Below, in pieces: positions 40,031-50,215 of a DNA stretch of 64,000 bases. The DNA is from Nitrosopumilus sp. GTDB taxonomy: Archaea; Thermoproteota; Nitrososphaeria; Nitrososphaerales; Nitrosopumilaceae. The notes below the pieces were generated by a model. That model was not told the origin of the DNA. It made no database searches and saw nothing but the letters and a program-made list of their open reading frames with translations. The stretch is taken from the NCBI GenBank assembly GCA_965207445.1, contig CBDBLX010000001.1, forward strand, positions 1 through 64,000, given 5' to 3'. Position 1 is the stretch's first letter. Each line of letters opens with the position of its first letter. The position numbers and the translations under genes are program-made.

Positions 40031-40981
40031 TTATTGGTCACCAGAGCAATGCGTGCGCTTGTATCTTAGAGTATCATCTATCATAGTATGAGTCTGTCTT
40101 CGAACATCCATCAAAAATGTAATTAACTCGACTTTGTCCTTTGAGCGTATCTTGTTGGTATCTTCTATCAACTCATCAATTCTTGATAATGCAATTCGTA
40201 GTGCAAGTACACTTCGTCGAACTATAATGGTCTCCTTTTTTTTCAGATTGGTGCTAGAATTATTATTATTATTATTATTGTCGTATTGTAAATCAGTCTG
40301 ATCACTAGGCTCCAGTCCGGAATAATCAAATCCGATTCCATTATTATTACCAGGATTGCTTGCTTGCTTCATCTCATTTTTTAGCTGTCGTATCTGCTTT
40401 ACAGTCATTTTGTTATCTATGATCTCTTGTGCCAACTCTTGAGTTTTTGAGCCAAGTTTAGAGTCTGTAAGCTCCAGTGCTTGACTGACGCTTAACGTAT
40501 GTTGTTCTACACTGTTACGCACCTTTTCAGGTAGTTTGAGTAATTGCATTCTGTGCGAGACATACTCTTCACTCTTTCCAATATGTTTTGCAAGCTCACT
40601 TATACCACCCCAACCAAAATCAACCACATACTTTTGATACGACATGGCCTCTTCTATTGGGTCAAGTGTTTTGCGTTGTAGATTTTCAGTAATCTGAATC
40701 TCATATGCCTGCTTGTCTGTAAACTCTACTATTTTGCACAATATATGTCGCCAATGAAGTGATTTGCAAGCGGCAAATCTTCGATGTCCTGCTACAATCT
40801 CAAATCCTCTATCAAGTGGTCGTATGATAATTGGTTGAAGTAATCCATGATCTCGAATGCTCTTTTTAAGCCCTTCTAATTCTGGTGAGTTTTTCGGATC
40901 AAGGCAACGTGTAGGAAATTGTGAAGGTCTTATCATACGAACCTCGATCTGCTCTACAAGTGACGTATCATATGATTCCAT
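40031..40981 (-). CDS. parB: ParB/Spo0J-family protein
   Basis: SIRDHGLLQPIIIR, IVAGHRRF, ENLQRKTLDPIEEA, HTH. Confidence 0.9.
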   Translation of the reverse strand: MESYDTSLVEQIEVRMIRPSQFPTRCLDPKNSPELEGLKKSIRDHGLLQPIIIRPLDRGFEIVAGHRRFAACKSLHWRHILCKIVEFTDKQAYEIQITENLQRKTLDPIEEAMSYQKYVVDFGWGGISELAKHIGKSEEYVSHRMQLLKLPEKVRNSVEQHTLSVSQALELTDSKLGSKTQELAQEIIDNKMTVKQIRQLKNEMKQASNPGNNNGIGFDYSGLEPSDQTDLQYDNNNNNNNSSTNLKKKETIIVRRSVLALRIALSRIDELIEDTNKIRSKDKVELITFLMDVRRQTHTMIDDTLRYKRTHCSGDQ

Positions 40982-41140
40982 GATATATGATAAAGGGTAT
41001 CAAGTATTTATGATTTTTGTATAAAATATGTAATTTTAGTCATTAAATAGTTGTTTCATCAAATTAATTTATTAAAATAGACTATATCTAGAAATATTTA
41101 AGATATAAAATAAAATTACAAAGTGGTAAATTCATGGCAT

Positions 41141-41250
41141 AGTTAACGTCTAGCGTCACCAAAGAGTACGATACATAGCTATACGGTCTGCTGTGATGAC
41201 ATGAGGCATGCCAGTTAACGTCTAGCGTCACCAAAGAGTACGATACATAG
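41141..41250. repeat. Two perfect 38-bp direct repeats separated by a 34-bp unique spacer
   Basis: AGTTAACGTCTAGCGTCACCAAAGAGTACGATACATAG at 41141-41178 and 41213-41250. Confidence 0.9.
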
Positions 41251-41391
41251 AGATACAACTATTCAAACTGTAGTATTGTAAAGATGAATTGTAAATGATT
41301 TTGTTCAATTATCATCGCATGTGACGTATAATTTTTGTTTTGCTGTAAGTAATCATTTTATATATAAATTAAGGTATTTATAAATAATTTA

Positions 41392-41619
41392 ATGAGTCCA
41401 TCCGAATACAAAAATAATACACATTTTTTATCAAAAAGAATAGTGGCATCAACTACCAAATACACAACAATTTACTGCAACAATTGCAAAAAAATACTAG
41501 GCAAATACAATTCTAAATTTTACAATAATGAGAAGATAAATGAAATGCTAAAAACTGTGCATATTATACATATTAAAAATGGTCATACAATACAGATTAA
41601 AAAAAATATATCCATTTAA
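41392..41619 (+). CDS. Small CxxC...HxxH hypothetical protein (possible Zn finger)
   Basis: YCNNCKK...HIIHIKNGH; very AT-rich, so uncertain. Confidence 0.5.
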   Translation: MSPSEYKNNTHFLSKRIVASTTKYTTIYCNNCKKILGKYNSKFYNNEKINEMLKTVHIIHIKNGHTIQIKKNISI

Positions 41620-41741
41620 TTTAAGATGAGATATTACATGCAATAAACCACTCAGCATATAGACACAAATAAAACACATAGAAAAAATAAAACTATTTTG
41701 TTATAGAGACAAAATTAATTTTATAATTAATTAATTTGTTA

Positions 41742-42311
41742 TCATAATAATTTTAATTTGCGCATTGCACTAGGTGCATCCTTTAAAGAAAATATACGTA
41801 TAATCTTTTGAACATTAGAATCTGCAACATTGGTGTTCCAAGGTTGATTGTATAGTATGATCTTTTTATCTTTGCCCAAAAACGCTTGTGCATTTATAGG
41901 TGAGTCATCTATAAACACATCATAATTCAAATCTGATTTCATATGTCCTGATGCAACTGAGACATATTTGTTATACAAAACGCCTTGTTGTTTGAGCCAT
42001 AATTTGACATTGTTATTGGTACTAGGCGATCTAGCAGTTACGATATCCACAGTATCACCTAGATTAGATAATATTTGAGTGGTATTTGCCAAATCAGATT
42101 CAGTTGGAGGGATCGACTCCCACGAGTCCCAACACGAATTTAGTTGTTGGTAAAAGTCACGCTTTTTGATGCCATGCTTTGACCAAAAATCCCAACTTGA
42201 CATATCATGAGTGTACAATGGCACAAGTCTTCCAGGATTTGTAAGAGCAAGCCATGCTGTCATGACATCTGCCAAAACACCATCTACATCAAGTGCAATA
42301 TGTAGGGACAT
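41742..42311 (-). CDS. HAD-superfamily 5'(3')-nucleotidase-like protein
   Basis: IALDVDGVLAD, IVTAR, FIDDSP; coupled to dnaJ. Confidence 0.88.
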   Translation of the reverse strand: MSLHIALDVDGVLADVMTAWLALTNPGRLVPLYTHDMSSWDFWSKHGIKKRDFYQQLNSCWDSWESIPPTESDLANTTQILSNLGDTVDIVTARSPSTNNNVKLWLKQQGVLYNKYVSVASGHMKSDLNYDVFIDDSPINAQAFLGKDKKIILYNQPWNTNVADSNVQKIIRIFSLKDAPSAMRKLKLL

Positions 42312-43393
42312 CAGCTCTCTCTTTGAAATTCTTCAAGTAATTGTCTTTGCTTGCGGTTGAGTTTTTTTGGTATGTCAACTTGTAAATGAACAAACATGTC
42401 GCCCTTGCCACGACTGCGTATATGAGACACGCCCTTACCTCTTATTTTGATGATATCATCGGGTTGACTCCCAGAGTCTATGTTGATGCGCTCTTTGCCA
42501 TCTAATGTCGGAACAGTCATTGTTAACCCCAATGCTGCATCTACCATTGATATAGGAAGACTCATGTGAATGTCCTTACCATCACGCTCAAATAGTTCGT
42601 GTTTTTTTACTCGTACACGTACTATTAGATCACCATTATGCCCATCAGGAACCTCATCACCTTCACCAGATATTGTATAATCGCCATCTACAACACCAGG
42701 CGGTATTCTAAATCCTATCTCCTTTTTAGCCTTGTAGGTACCTCTGCCTTTGCATTCTTTACATGGAGATTCAATCATAAAACCTTGTCCTCGACATTCA
42801 CGACACGGGGACATGGTCACAAATGATGCAAATCCCATTCTTCGAGACCGCTGTACTTGACCACGCCCGCCGCATGGATGGCATACGATTTTCTTGGTTC
42901 CCTCACGGCATCCAGATCCCATACATGTTTTACATATGATCTGTTTTTGTATATTGATTTCAACAGGTGTACCATGAAGCACGTCTTCTAGTGTGACTGT
43001 TGTTTCGTATAGACGATCAGCGCCTTGTCTTTGAGATGGCCCACCACCACCACCACCACGTTGTCCCCCAAACATCTGCTCAAACAGTGAATCAAATCCG
43101 CTACCGCCAAATACATCATCAAAGTTCCCACGCGCACCACTGAATATATCCTCTGTACTATATTTGCCATCCACACCCGCATGTCCATGTTGATCATATA
43201 ATTGTCGCTTTGTCTCATCAGACAATACTGCATAAGCCTCAGATATCTCTTTGAAATGCTCAGCAGCATCAGTAGTATTGTTTCGATCTGGATGAAACTT
43301 TAGTGCGAGTTTACGATACTGTTTTTTAATATCAGATGTCGATGCGTTCTTATCAACACCTAAAACCTCATAATAGTCACGTTTCGCACTCAT
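42311..43393 (-). CDS. dnaJ: Chaperone DnaJ
   Basis: DYYEVLGV...HPD, G/F region, four CxxCxGxG repeats. Confidence 0.97.
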   Translation of the reverse strand: MSAKRDYYEVLGVDKNASTSDIKKQYRKLALKFHPDRNNTTDAAEHFKEISEAYAVLSDETKRQLYDQHGHAGVDGKYSTEDIFSGARGNFDDVFGGSGFDSLFEQMFGGQRGGGGGGPSQRQGADRLYETTVTLEDVLHGTPVEINIQKQIICKTCMGSGCREGTKKIVCHPCGGRGQVQRSRRMGFASFVTMSPCRECRGQGFMIESPCKECKGRGTYKAKKEIGFRIPPGVVDGDYTISGEGDEVPDGHNGDLIVRVRVKKHELFERDGKDIHMSLPISMVDAALGLTMTVPTLDGKERINIDSGSQPDDIIKIRGKGVSHIRSRGKGDMFVHLQVDIPKKLNRKQRQLLEEFQRES

Positions 43394-43435
43394 AAAGCAT
43401 CACATCTATAATTTATGTATAAACGATCAGGTGGT

Positions 43436-45469
43436 TTATACTGTAGAGTCAGTCTTGTTTTCTGATTTAGTATCGGATTTGTTGCTATCGTTGTTGTTAT
43501 TATCATTATTATTATTATCACCATTATTATTATTATCACCATTATCGCTACCAGTAGTGTTAGACGATTCTGAACTATCATCAGCACTTTGTGTTTGATT
43601 TGGATCCATCTTTTCAAATACATCTTCACCTGGTTGTCCTTGGCCGAATCCTCCTCCAGCACCAGCATCCGCAGCACCGGCAGCAGCACCACCCGCACCG
43701 GCAGCTGCATCCGCAGCAGCTTTTTGATACAACTCTGTAGAGATTTTATTTACAATATCTTTGAGCACATCAAGTTTTGATCGTAGTTCTTCAGGCTCTT
43801 TGTCAAGTGCTTCTTTGACCTCACGTGAGGCATCTGTAATCTTTATGCCTTGTTCTTGAGTTATCTTGTCTTTGAGATCATGGTTCACCATTTTCTCAGT
43901 AGTGTATATGAAACTCTCGGCCTCATTTTTCAAATCTATCTTTTCTTTCTTCTTTTTGTCTTCCTCTGAGAATTTTTCTGCATCCTCTTTGAGTTTTTCA
44001 ATTTCGTCTTTTGACAACTTACTAGACGACTCGATTGTAATCTTTGCCTCTTTTTGTGTTCCCAAGTCCTTTGCAGTCACGTTGATAATTCCATTTGCAT
44101 CAATGTCAAACTTAACCTCTATCTGTGGAACACCCCTTGGTGCAGGAGGTATATCAGTAAGATTAAAGCTGCCCAAAGACACATTATCTACTGTCATTGG
44201 ACGCTCACCCTGCACAACATGAATCGTAACAGCAGTTTGACTGTCAGCAGCAGTAGTAAAGACCTTTGATTTTGATGTAGGTATGGTTGTATTGCGCTCT
44301 ATGAGTGGTTCTCGAACTCCACCAAGTGTCTCGATGCCAAGTGTGAGTGGTGTCACATCGAGTAGTACTATATCACTAGTAACGTCACCTGCTATGATAC
44401 CTGCTTGAATTGCAGCACCCATCGCTACTGCCTCCATAGGATCAACACCAGATTCGGACTCTTTTCCAACAACCTCACTTACAAACTTACGCACAAGTGG
44501 AATGCGTGTAGGTCCTCCGACCATTACGATCTTGTCTATATCAGGCTGGCCAACATTAGCATCCTCTAATGCTTTGAGGATAGAAGGTTTGCAACGTTGA
44601 ATAATAGGTTCAATAAGCTCGTCAAGTTTTGCTCGGCTTATTCGAATCTCTAGATTTTTGGAACCAGTTGATGGATCATGTGCAATAAATGGTAGATTAA
44701 CATCAGTCTCCATTACAGTGGATAGTTCAATCTTTGCTTTTTCTGCTGCTTCGCGCACACGCGTCATGGCAGTTGCATCAGAGGATAGATCGATGCCCTC
44801 TTTCTTTTTAAACTCATCAATTATATAATCAATTAATACTTTATCCATATCAGTTCCACCTAGTTGAGTGTCGCCAGATGTACTCATAACCTCAAATACG
44901 CCACCACCCATCTCCATTATAGTGACATCAAGTGTGCCACCACCAAAGTCAAAGACGAGAATCTTCATGTCTTCTTTTGCTTTGTCAAGCCCAAATGCAA
45001 GGGATGCAGCAGTAGGTTCATTTATGATACGAACGACATCGAGTCCAGCAATCGTACCTGCATCTTTTGTTGCTTGGCGTTGATTATCATCAAAGTATGC
45101 AGGAACTGTAATAACTGCTTTTTCGACCGTTTCACCTACAAATGCTTCTGCGTCTTTTTTGATCTTTTGTAAAATAAATGCAGATATCTGTTGTGGTTTG
45201 TACTCTTTGTCTTGCACCTTGAATGCATACTCAGAACCCATCTTTCGCTTTGCGGCTACTATAGTATTTGTCGGATTTGTGACTGCTTGTCTACGGGCAG
45301 GCTCACCTACCAATAGTTCACCTTCTTTTGTAAACGCAACAACAGATGGAAATGCCTTACCACCTATTGTAGCTCCTTCAGCAGCTGGAATAATTGTGGG
45401 TTTGCCACCCATCATTACAGCAGCAGCAGAATTACTTGTTCCTAGATCGATACCTATAACTTTGCTCAT
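43436..45469 (-). CDS. dnaK: Chaperone DnaK (Hsp70) with Asn-rich tail
   Basis: [29 protein letters not shown]. Confidence 0.98.
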   Translation of the reverse strand: MSKVIGIDLGTSNSAAAVMMGGKPTIIPAAEGATIGGKAFPSVVAFTKEGELLVGEPARRQAVTNPTNTIVAAKRKMGSEYAFKVQDKEYKPQQISAFILQKIKKDAEAFVGETVEKAVITVPAYFDDNQRQATKDAGTIAGLDVVRIINEPTAASLAFGLDKAKEDMKILVFDFGGGTLDVTIMEMGGGVFEVMSTSGDTQLGGTDMDKVLIDYIIDEFKKKEGIDLSSDATAMTRVREAAEKAKIELSTVMETDVNLPFIAHDPSTGSKNLEIRISRAKLDELIEPIIQRCKPSILKALEDANVGQPDIDKIVMVGGPTRIPLVRKFVSEVVGKESESGVDPMEAVAMGAAIQAGIIAGDVTSDIVLLDVTPLTLGIETLGGVREPLIERNTTIPTSKSKVFTTAADSQTAVTIHVVQGERPMTVDNVSLGSFNLTDIPPAPRGVPQIEVKFDIDANGIINVTAKDLGTQKEAKITIESSSKLSKDEIEKLKEDAEKFSEEDKKKKEKIDLKNEAESFIYTTEKMVNHDLKDKITQEQGIKITDASREVKEALDKEPEELRSKLDVLKDIVNKISTELYQKAAADAAAGAGGAAAGAADAGAGGGFGQGQPGEDVFEKMDPNQTQSADDSSESSNTTGSDNGDNNNNGDNNNNDNNNNDSNKSDTKSENKTDSTV

Positions 45470-45473
45470 ATTT

Positions 45474-46211
45474 TCACTCCTTTTTTGAAATGACGACCAT
45501 TGTAGGCCTTATAATCGTATTTCTAAACGTGTAACCGCGCCGTACCTCTTGAATAACTGTATTATCATCAAGGGTGGGGTCTATTTGAGTAGATATTGCT
45601 TCGTGTGTATTTGGATCAAATATTTCACCTAGTGCATCGATGGGACGTACCTCATATTTTCCTAATACAGAATCCATATTGCGTAGTACAGAATCAAGCC
45701 CGCTTACATCAATATTGTTTTTAGTAAATGCATCACGAGCGCGAATAAAGTCATCGCGTATATCTACTAAACTCGTCATCACATCACGGGTCTGTTGCAT
45801 GACACGGTTGTCAATATCAGATGCAGTGCGTTTTGAGAGGTTCTGATAGTCTGCAAGTGCTAGTCGAAGCTTTTGCTCAAACTCAGAGGATCTTGTTTTT
45901 TCCTTTTCTAATAATACAGATAAAGATTCGTTGTCGACGTTATCGTTGCAAGTGTCGTCGTAAGTGTCGTTGTTGGAGTTATCGTTGTTGGAGTTATCGT
46001 TGTTGGTATCATTACCGTTGTGTGGGGTATCCTCTGATCGCTCAGCTGGTTCAACAACAGGTGTATCATTGTGTGTCGTATTAACATCAGAATTGGTCTG
46101 ATTATTAATATGATCATCTTTACTTGTTAAATTTACTATAGGTACATCATCATCTGTTATCTCTAATTCTTTGTACTCTTTTATCTGAGGGTCATCATTA
46201 TTTTGTGACAT
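45474..46211 (-). CDS. grpE: Nucleotide exchange factor GrpE
   Basis: [23 protein letters not shown]...IIRPTMVV; upstream of dnaK. Confidence 0.95.
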   Translation of the reverse strand: MSQNNDDPQIKEYKELEITDDDVPIVNLTSKDDHINNQTNSDVNTTHNDTPVVEPAERSEDTPHNGNDTNNDNSNNDNSNNDTYDDTCNDNVDNESLSVLLEKEKTRSSEFEQKLRLALADYQNLSKRTASDIDNRVMQQTRDVMTSLVDIRDDFIRARDAFTKNNIDVSGLDSVLRNMDSVLGKYEVRPIDALGEIFDPNTHEAISTQIDPTLDDNTVIQEVRRGYTFRNTIIRPTMVVISKKE

Positions 46212-46673
46212 TATATCTAGTCTTTACAAGCAACTTATAATTTAACGGTAAATTGTTCTTGTGATGAATAATCTATCATTACAATTATACAAATTCTTGA
46301 TTGTTTTTTTTGTTATTAAAACTAATCATAAAAAATTAGCGTGTTGCATAATTCGTAAATTTATACTCCTCGGGGGTCATGTCCATGTGGTCTGAGCCGC
46401 GCAACCTACGTTACACGATTCAAAGCCACTCAAATGCTCTGTAAACTGGACAGGAAGACTGTCTGCCTCAAGATATGATGCCAGCGGGTGTGTCAATTCA
46501 CGCCTACAACAAGCCATAAGCGGGCCGTGCTTCAAGCCTACAAAGTGTACGCGCAAAACATGGCGTGGGATACGCCTTGGCATTTTATGTGTACATACAT
46601 ATATCTTCATATTTGTATTTAAGCTGTACAATGTGCCATTATACAGCAGTGTAAATGTGCAAATAGATTAAAT

Positions 46674-46961
46674 ATGCATGACGGAAGGATTTCCGTAGAC
46701 AAAAGCACAAACAAAACGCAGCGTGACATCATCAGAATCATCGATGAGTTGAAAAACGTTGGTACAAGTTGCCAGAGGATACCAAAGGCCACACAATCAA
46801 TCTTTGCCGACTCAACAAGGGTGCACGGTATACAGGTGGCCGACGCGTTCGCTTACTGTGCCTTGCAGCATAGCAAGAAAAACGAGCAGTTTGACAGCTA
46901 CTGGGAGGTCATCTGCAACAAACTGGGGAGAAACGACCTAAAGACAATACCTGCCAGCTAG
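46674..46961 (+). pseudogene. N-terminally truncated DUF3800 ORF, unit 1
   Basis: MHDGRISVD...IFADS...GIQVADAFAY aligns with the last third of 34665..35414. Confidence 0.75.
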
Positions 46962-46964
46962 CGT

Positions 46965-47055
46965 AAAAAACACCCACAAACGTCAAGAATGTGTAGCCGG
47001 GAACGCCCCGCTAGCACACCCCATAGGCGACACACCGTATCGCCCTTTGACATTA
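46965..47055 (-). ncRNA. Candidate DUF3800-associated RNA, unit 1 (repeated in units 2-4)
   Basis: Minus strand: TTTATTTA box, closing stem ATGTCAA/TTGACGT, hairpin GGCGATAC-GGT-GTGTCGCC, hairpin GTG..TAGC.GGG..CCC.GCTA.CAC, then a T6 tract; G-U pairs favour the minus strand. Confidence 0.6.
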
Positions 47056-47432
47056 TCATATGGGCCTACTGTGTAAATAAAATTTCAGTTTTTAATAGCA
47101 TGTTGCATAATTCGTAAATTTATACTCCTCGGGGGTCATGTCCATGTGGTCTGAGCCGCGCAACCTACGTTACACGATTCAAAGCCACTCAAATGCTCTG
47201 TAAACTGGACAGGAAGACTGTCTGCCTCAAGATATGATGCCAGCGGGTGTGTCAATTCACGCCTACAACAAGCCATAAGCGGGCCGTGCTTCAAGCCTAC
47301 AAAGTGTACGCGCAAAACATGGCGTGGGATACGCCTTGGCATTTTATGTGTACATACATATATCTTCATATTTGTATTTAAGCTGTACAATGTGCCATTA
47401 TACAGCAGTGTAAATGTGCAAATAGATTAAAT

Positions 47433-47719
47433 ATGCATGACGGAAGGATTTCCGTAGACAAAAGCACAAACAAAACGCAGCGTGACATCATCAGAATCAT
47501 CGATGAGTTGAAAACGTTGGTACAAGTTGCCAGAGGATACCAAAGGCCACACAATCAATCTTTGCCGACTCAACAAGGGTGCACGGTATACAGGTGGCCG
47601 ACGCGTTCGCTTACTGTGCCTTGCAGCATAGCAAGAAAAACGAGCAGTTTGACAGCTACTGGGAGGTCATCTGCAACAAACTGGGGAGAAACGACCTAAA
47701 GACAATACCTGCCAGCTAG
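47433..47719 (+). pseudogene. Truncated DUF3800 ORF, unit 2 (1-bp deletion in an A run)
   Basis: GAAAACG here versus GAAAAACG in the other units. Confidence 0.7.
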
Positions 47720-48116
47720 CGTAAAAAACACCCACAAACGTCAAGGGTAGCCGGGAACGCCCCGCTAGCACACCCCATAGGCGACACACCGTATCGCCCT
47801 TTGTGGGCCTACAATTCGTAAATTTATACTCCTCGGGGGTCACATGTGGTCTGAGCCGCGCCGTTACACGATTCAAAGCCACTCAAATGCTCAAGACAGG
47901 AAGACTGTCTGCCTCAAGATATGATGCCAGCGGGTGTAATTCACGCCTACAACAAGCCATAAGCGGGCCGTGCTTCAAGCCTACAAAGTGTACGCGCAAA
48001 ACATGGCGTGGGATACGCCTTGGCATTTTATGTGTACATACATATATCTTCATATTTGTATTTAAGCTGTACAATGTGCCATTATACAGCAGTGTAAATG
48101 TGCAAATAGATTAAAT

Positions 48117-48404
48117 ATGCATGACGGAAGGATTTCCGTAGACAAAAGCACAAACAAAACGCAGCGTGACATCATCAGAATCATCGATGAGTTGAAAAAC
48201 GTTGGTACAAGTTGCCAGAGGATACCAAAGGCCACACAATCAATCTTTGCCGACTCAACAAGGGTGCACGGTATACAGGTGGCCGACGCGTTCGCTTACT
48301 GTGCCTTGCAGCATAGCAAGAAAAACGAGCAGTTTGACAGCTACTGGGAGGTCATCTGCAACAAACTGGGGAGAAACGACCTAAAGACAATACCTGCCAG
48401 CTAG
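48117..48404 (+). pseudogene. Truncated DUF3800 ORF, unit 3
   Basis: Translation identical to unit 1. Confidence 0.75.
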
Positions 48405-48875
48405 CGTAAAAAACACCCACAAACGTCAAGAATGTGTAGCCGGGAACGCCCCGCTAGCACACCCCATAGGCGACACACCGTATCGCCCTTTGACATTATC
48501 ATATGGGCCTACTGTGTAAATAAAATTTCAGTTTTTAATAGCATGTTGCATAATTCGTAAATTTATACTCCTCGGGGGTCATGTCCATGTGGTCTGAGCC
48601 GCGCAACCTACGTTACACGATTCAAAGCCACTCAAATGCTCTGTAAACTGGACAGGAAGACTGTCTGCCTCAAGATATGATGCCAGCGGGTGTGTCAATT
48701 CACGCCTACAACAAGCCATAAGCGGGCCGTGCTTCAAGCCTACAAAGTGTACGCGCAAAACATGGCGTGGGATACGCCTTGGCATTTTATGTGTACATAC
48801 ATATATCTTCATATTTGTATTTAAGCTGTACAATGTGCCATTATACAGCAGTGTAAATGTGCAAATAGATTAAAT

Positions 48876-49163
48876 ATGCATGACGGAAGGATTTCCGTAG
48901 ACAAAAGCACAAACAAAACGCAGCGTGACATCATCAGAATCATCGATGAGTTGAAAAACGTTGGTACAAGTTGCCAGAGGATACCAAAGGCCACACAATC
49001 AATCTTTGCCGACTCAACAAGGGTGCACGGTATACAGGTGGCCGACGCGTTCGCTTACTGTGCCTTGCAGCATAGCAAGAAAAACGAGCAGTTTAACAGC
49101 TACTGGGAGGTCATCTGCAACAAACTGGGGAGAAACGACCTAAAGACAATACCTGCCAGCTAG
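48876..49163 (+). pseudogene. Truncated DUF3800 ORF, unit 4
   Basis: One D>N substitution relative to unit 1. Confidence 0.75.
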
Positions 49164-49727
49164 CGTAAAAAACACCCACAAACGTCAAGAATGTGTAGCC
49201 GGGAACGCCCCGCTAGCACACCCCATAGGCGACACACCGTATCGCCCTTTGACATTATCATATGGGCCTACTGTGTAAATAAAATTTCAGTTTTTAATAG
49301 CATGTTGCATAATTCGTAAATTTATACTCCTCGGGGGTCGTGGCCATGTGGTCTGAGTCGCGCAACCTTGTCGTTACACGATTCAAAGCCACTCAAATGC
49401 TCTGTAAACTGGACAGGAAGACTGTCTGCCTCAAGATATGATGCCAGCGGGTGTGTCAATTCACGCCTACAACAAGCCATAAGCGGGCCGTGCTTCAAGC
49501 CTACAAAGTGTACGCGCAAAACATGGCGTGGGATACGCCTTGGCATTTTATGTGTACATACATATATCTTCATATTTGTATTTAAGCTGTACAATGTGCC
49601 ATTATACAGCAGTGTAAATGTGCTAACGTGTTGTATAACTCGATGCGCATCGAATTATGCAACACGCTATAAAAAATTGGTCAATTATTACCAAAAAATC
49701 AACAGTCGTATACACAGCAGCAAAATA

Positions 49728-50136
49728 TCAGTCCCCGGTATGTCTAATTACTTGTCTAGTCCCAAGAGCTTGATCAAATTGTTTTTCTAACATATCAAAG
49801 TAATCATCAAAGGCCGATACATCATCATCATTACCATGCACTTTTTGATTGAGGGTAAATGGTTTTCGCATACCATTTTTCAAAACCATAGTCTGTTGTT
49901 TATATGCAAACATCTCCAAGAATACTTTTTCACAGAACAGTTTTTGGCAAATTTACCATCTTTCTCCAATTCATGTATTTTTTGCAGATCGAGATTATCC
50001 AAATCGATGATATAATCCCCCCAGGAATGTAATCATTACTTGGAAATGGTGTCGAATGCTCATTAGTTGAGTTTCCTAAAGTGTATCGTGATATTTGATC
50101 ACCATAGTTAAAATCCACTATTTCTCCTGAACACAA
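49728..50136 (-). pseudogene. Probable degraded ORF of unknown family
   Basis: Two consecutive short co-oriented ORFs next to the TIR element; no motif recognised. Confidence 0.3.
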
Positions 50137-50215
50137 AAACTACAAAATGATGTGAAAATAAAGACCTTCCACATATCATGATAAAATGAACATCAGTAGT
50201 GCACACCACTACCAT

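Larger units (their letters stand above)
46337..49623. repeat. Tandem 759-bp repeat, 4 units plus a ~325-bp partial unit
   Basis: Units start at 46337, 47096, ~47812 (deleted junction), 48539 and 49298. Confidence 0.95.
46337..49669. mobile_element. Non-autonomous TIR element containing a tandem array of 759-bp units
   Basis: TAGCGTGTTGCATAATTCG (46337-46355) and its exact reverse complement (49651-49669); TAAAAAAT on both flanks (46329-46336, 49670-49677); no transposase inside. Confidence 0.85.

Noticed and set aside
46341..46368. dif/Xer site (GTGTTGCATAA resembles a XerC arm)
   Set aside because: No matching second arm at 6-bp spacing; the TIR plus TSD reading fits better.
46377..46631. 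Minus-strand 84-aa ORF (MYSLNTN...) repeated in each module and at 7928-8125
   Set aside because: Non-ATG start, variable stops between copies, mostly non-conservative changes and no motif; more likely a shadow of a non-coding module.
47740..47945. Cluster of many small deletions at the unit 2/3 junction as biological diversification
   Set aside because: Several short deletions packed into ~200 bp of otherwise identical repeats look like long-read consensus error; this cannot be resolved without reads.
46337..49669. CRISPR array or integron cassette array
   Set aside because: The units are near-identical 759-bp copies with no unique spacers or diverse cassettes, and there is no cas gene or integrase in the window.
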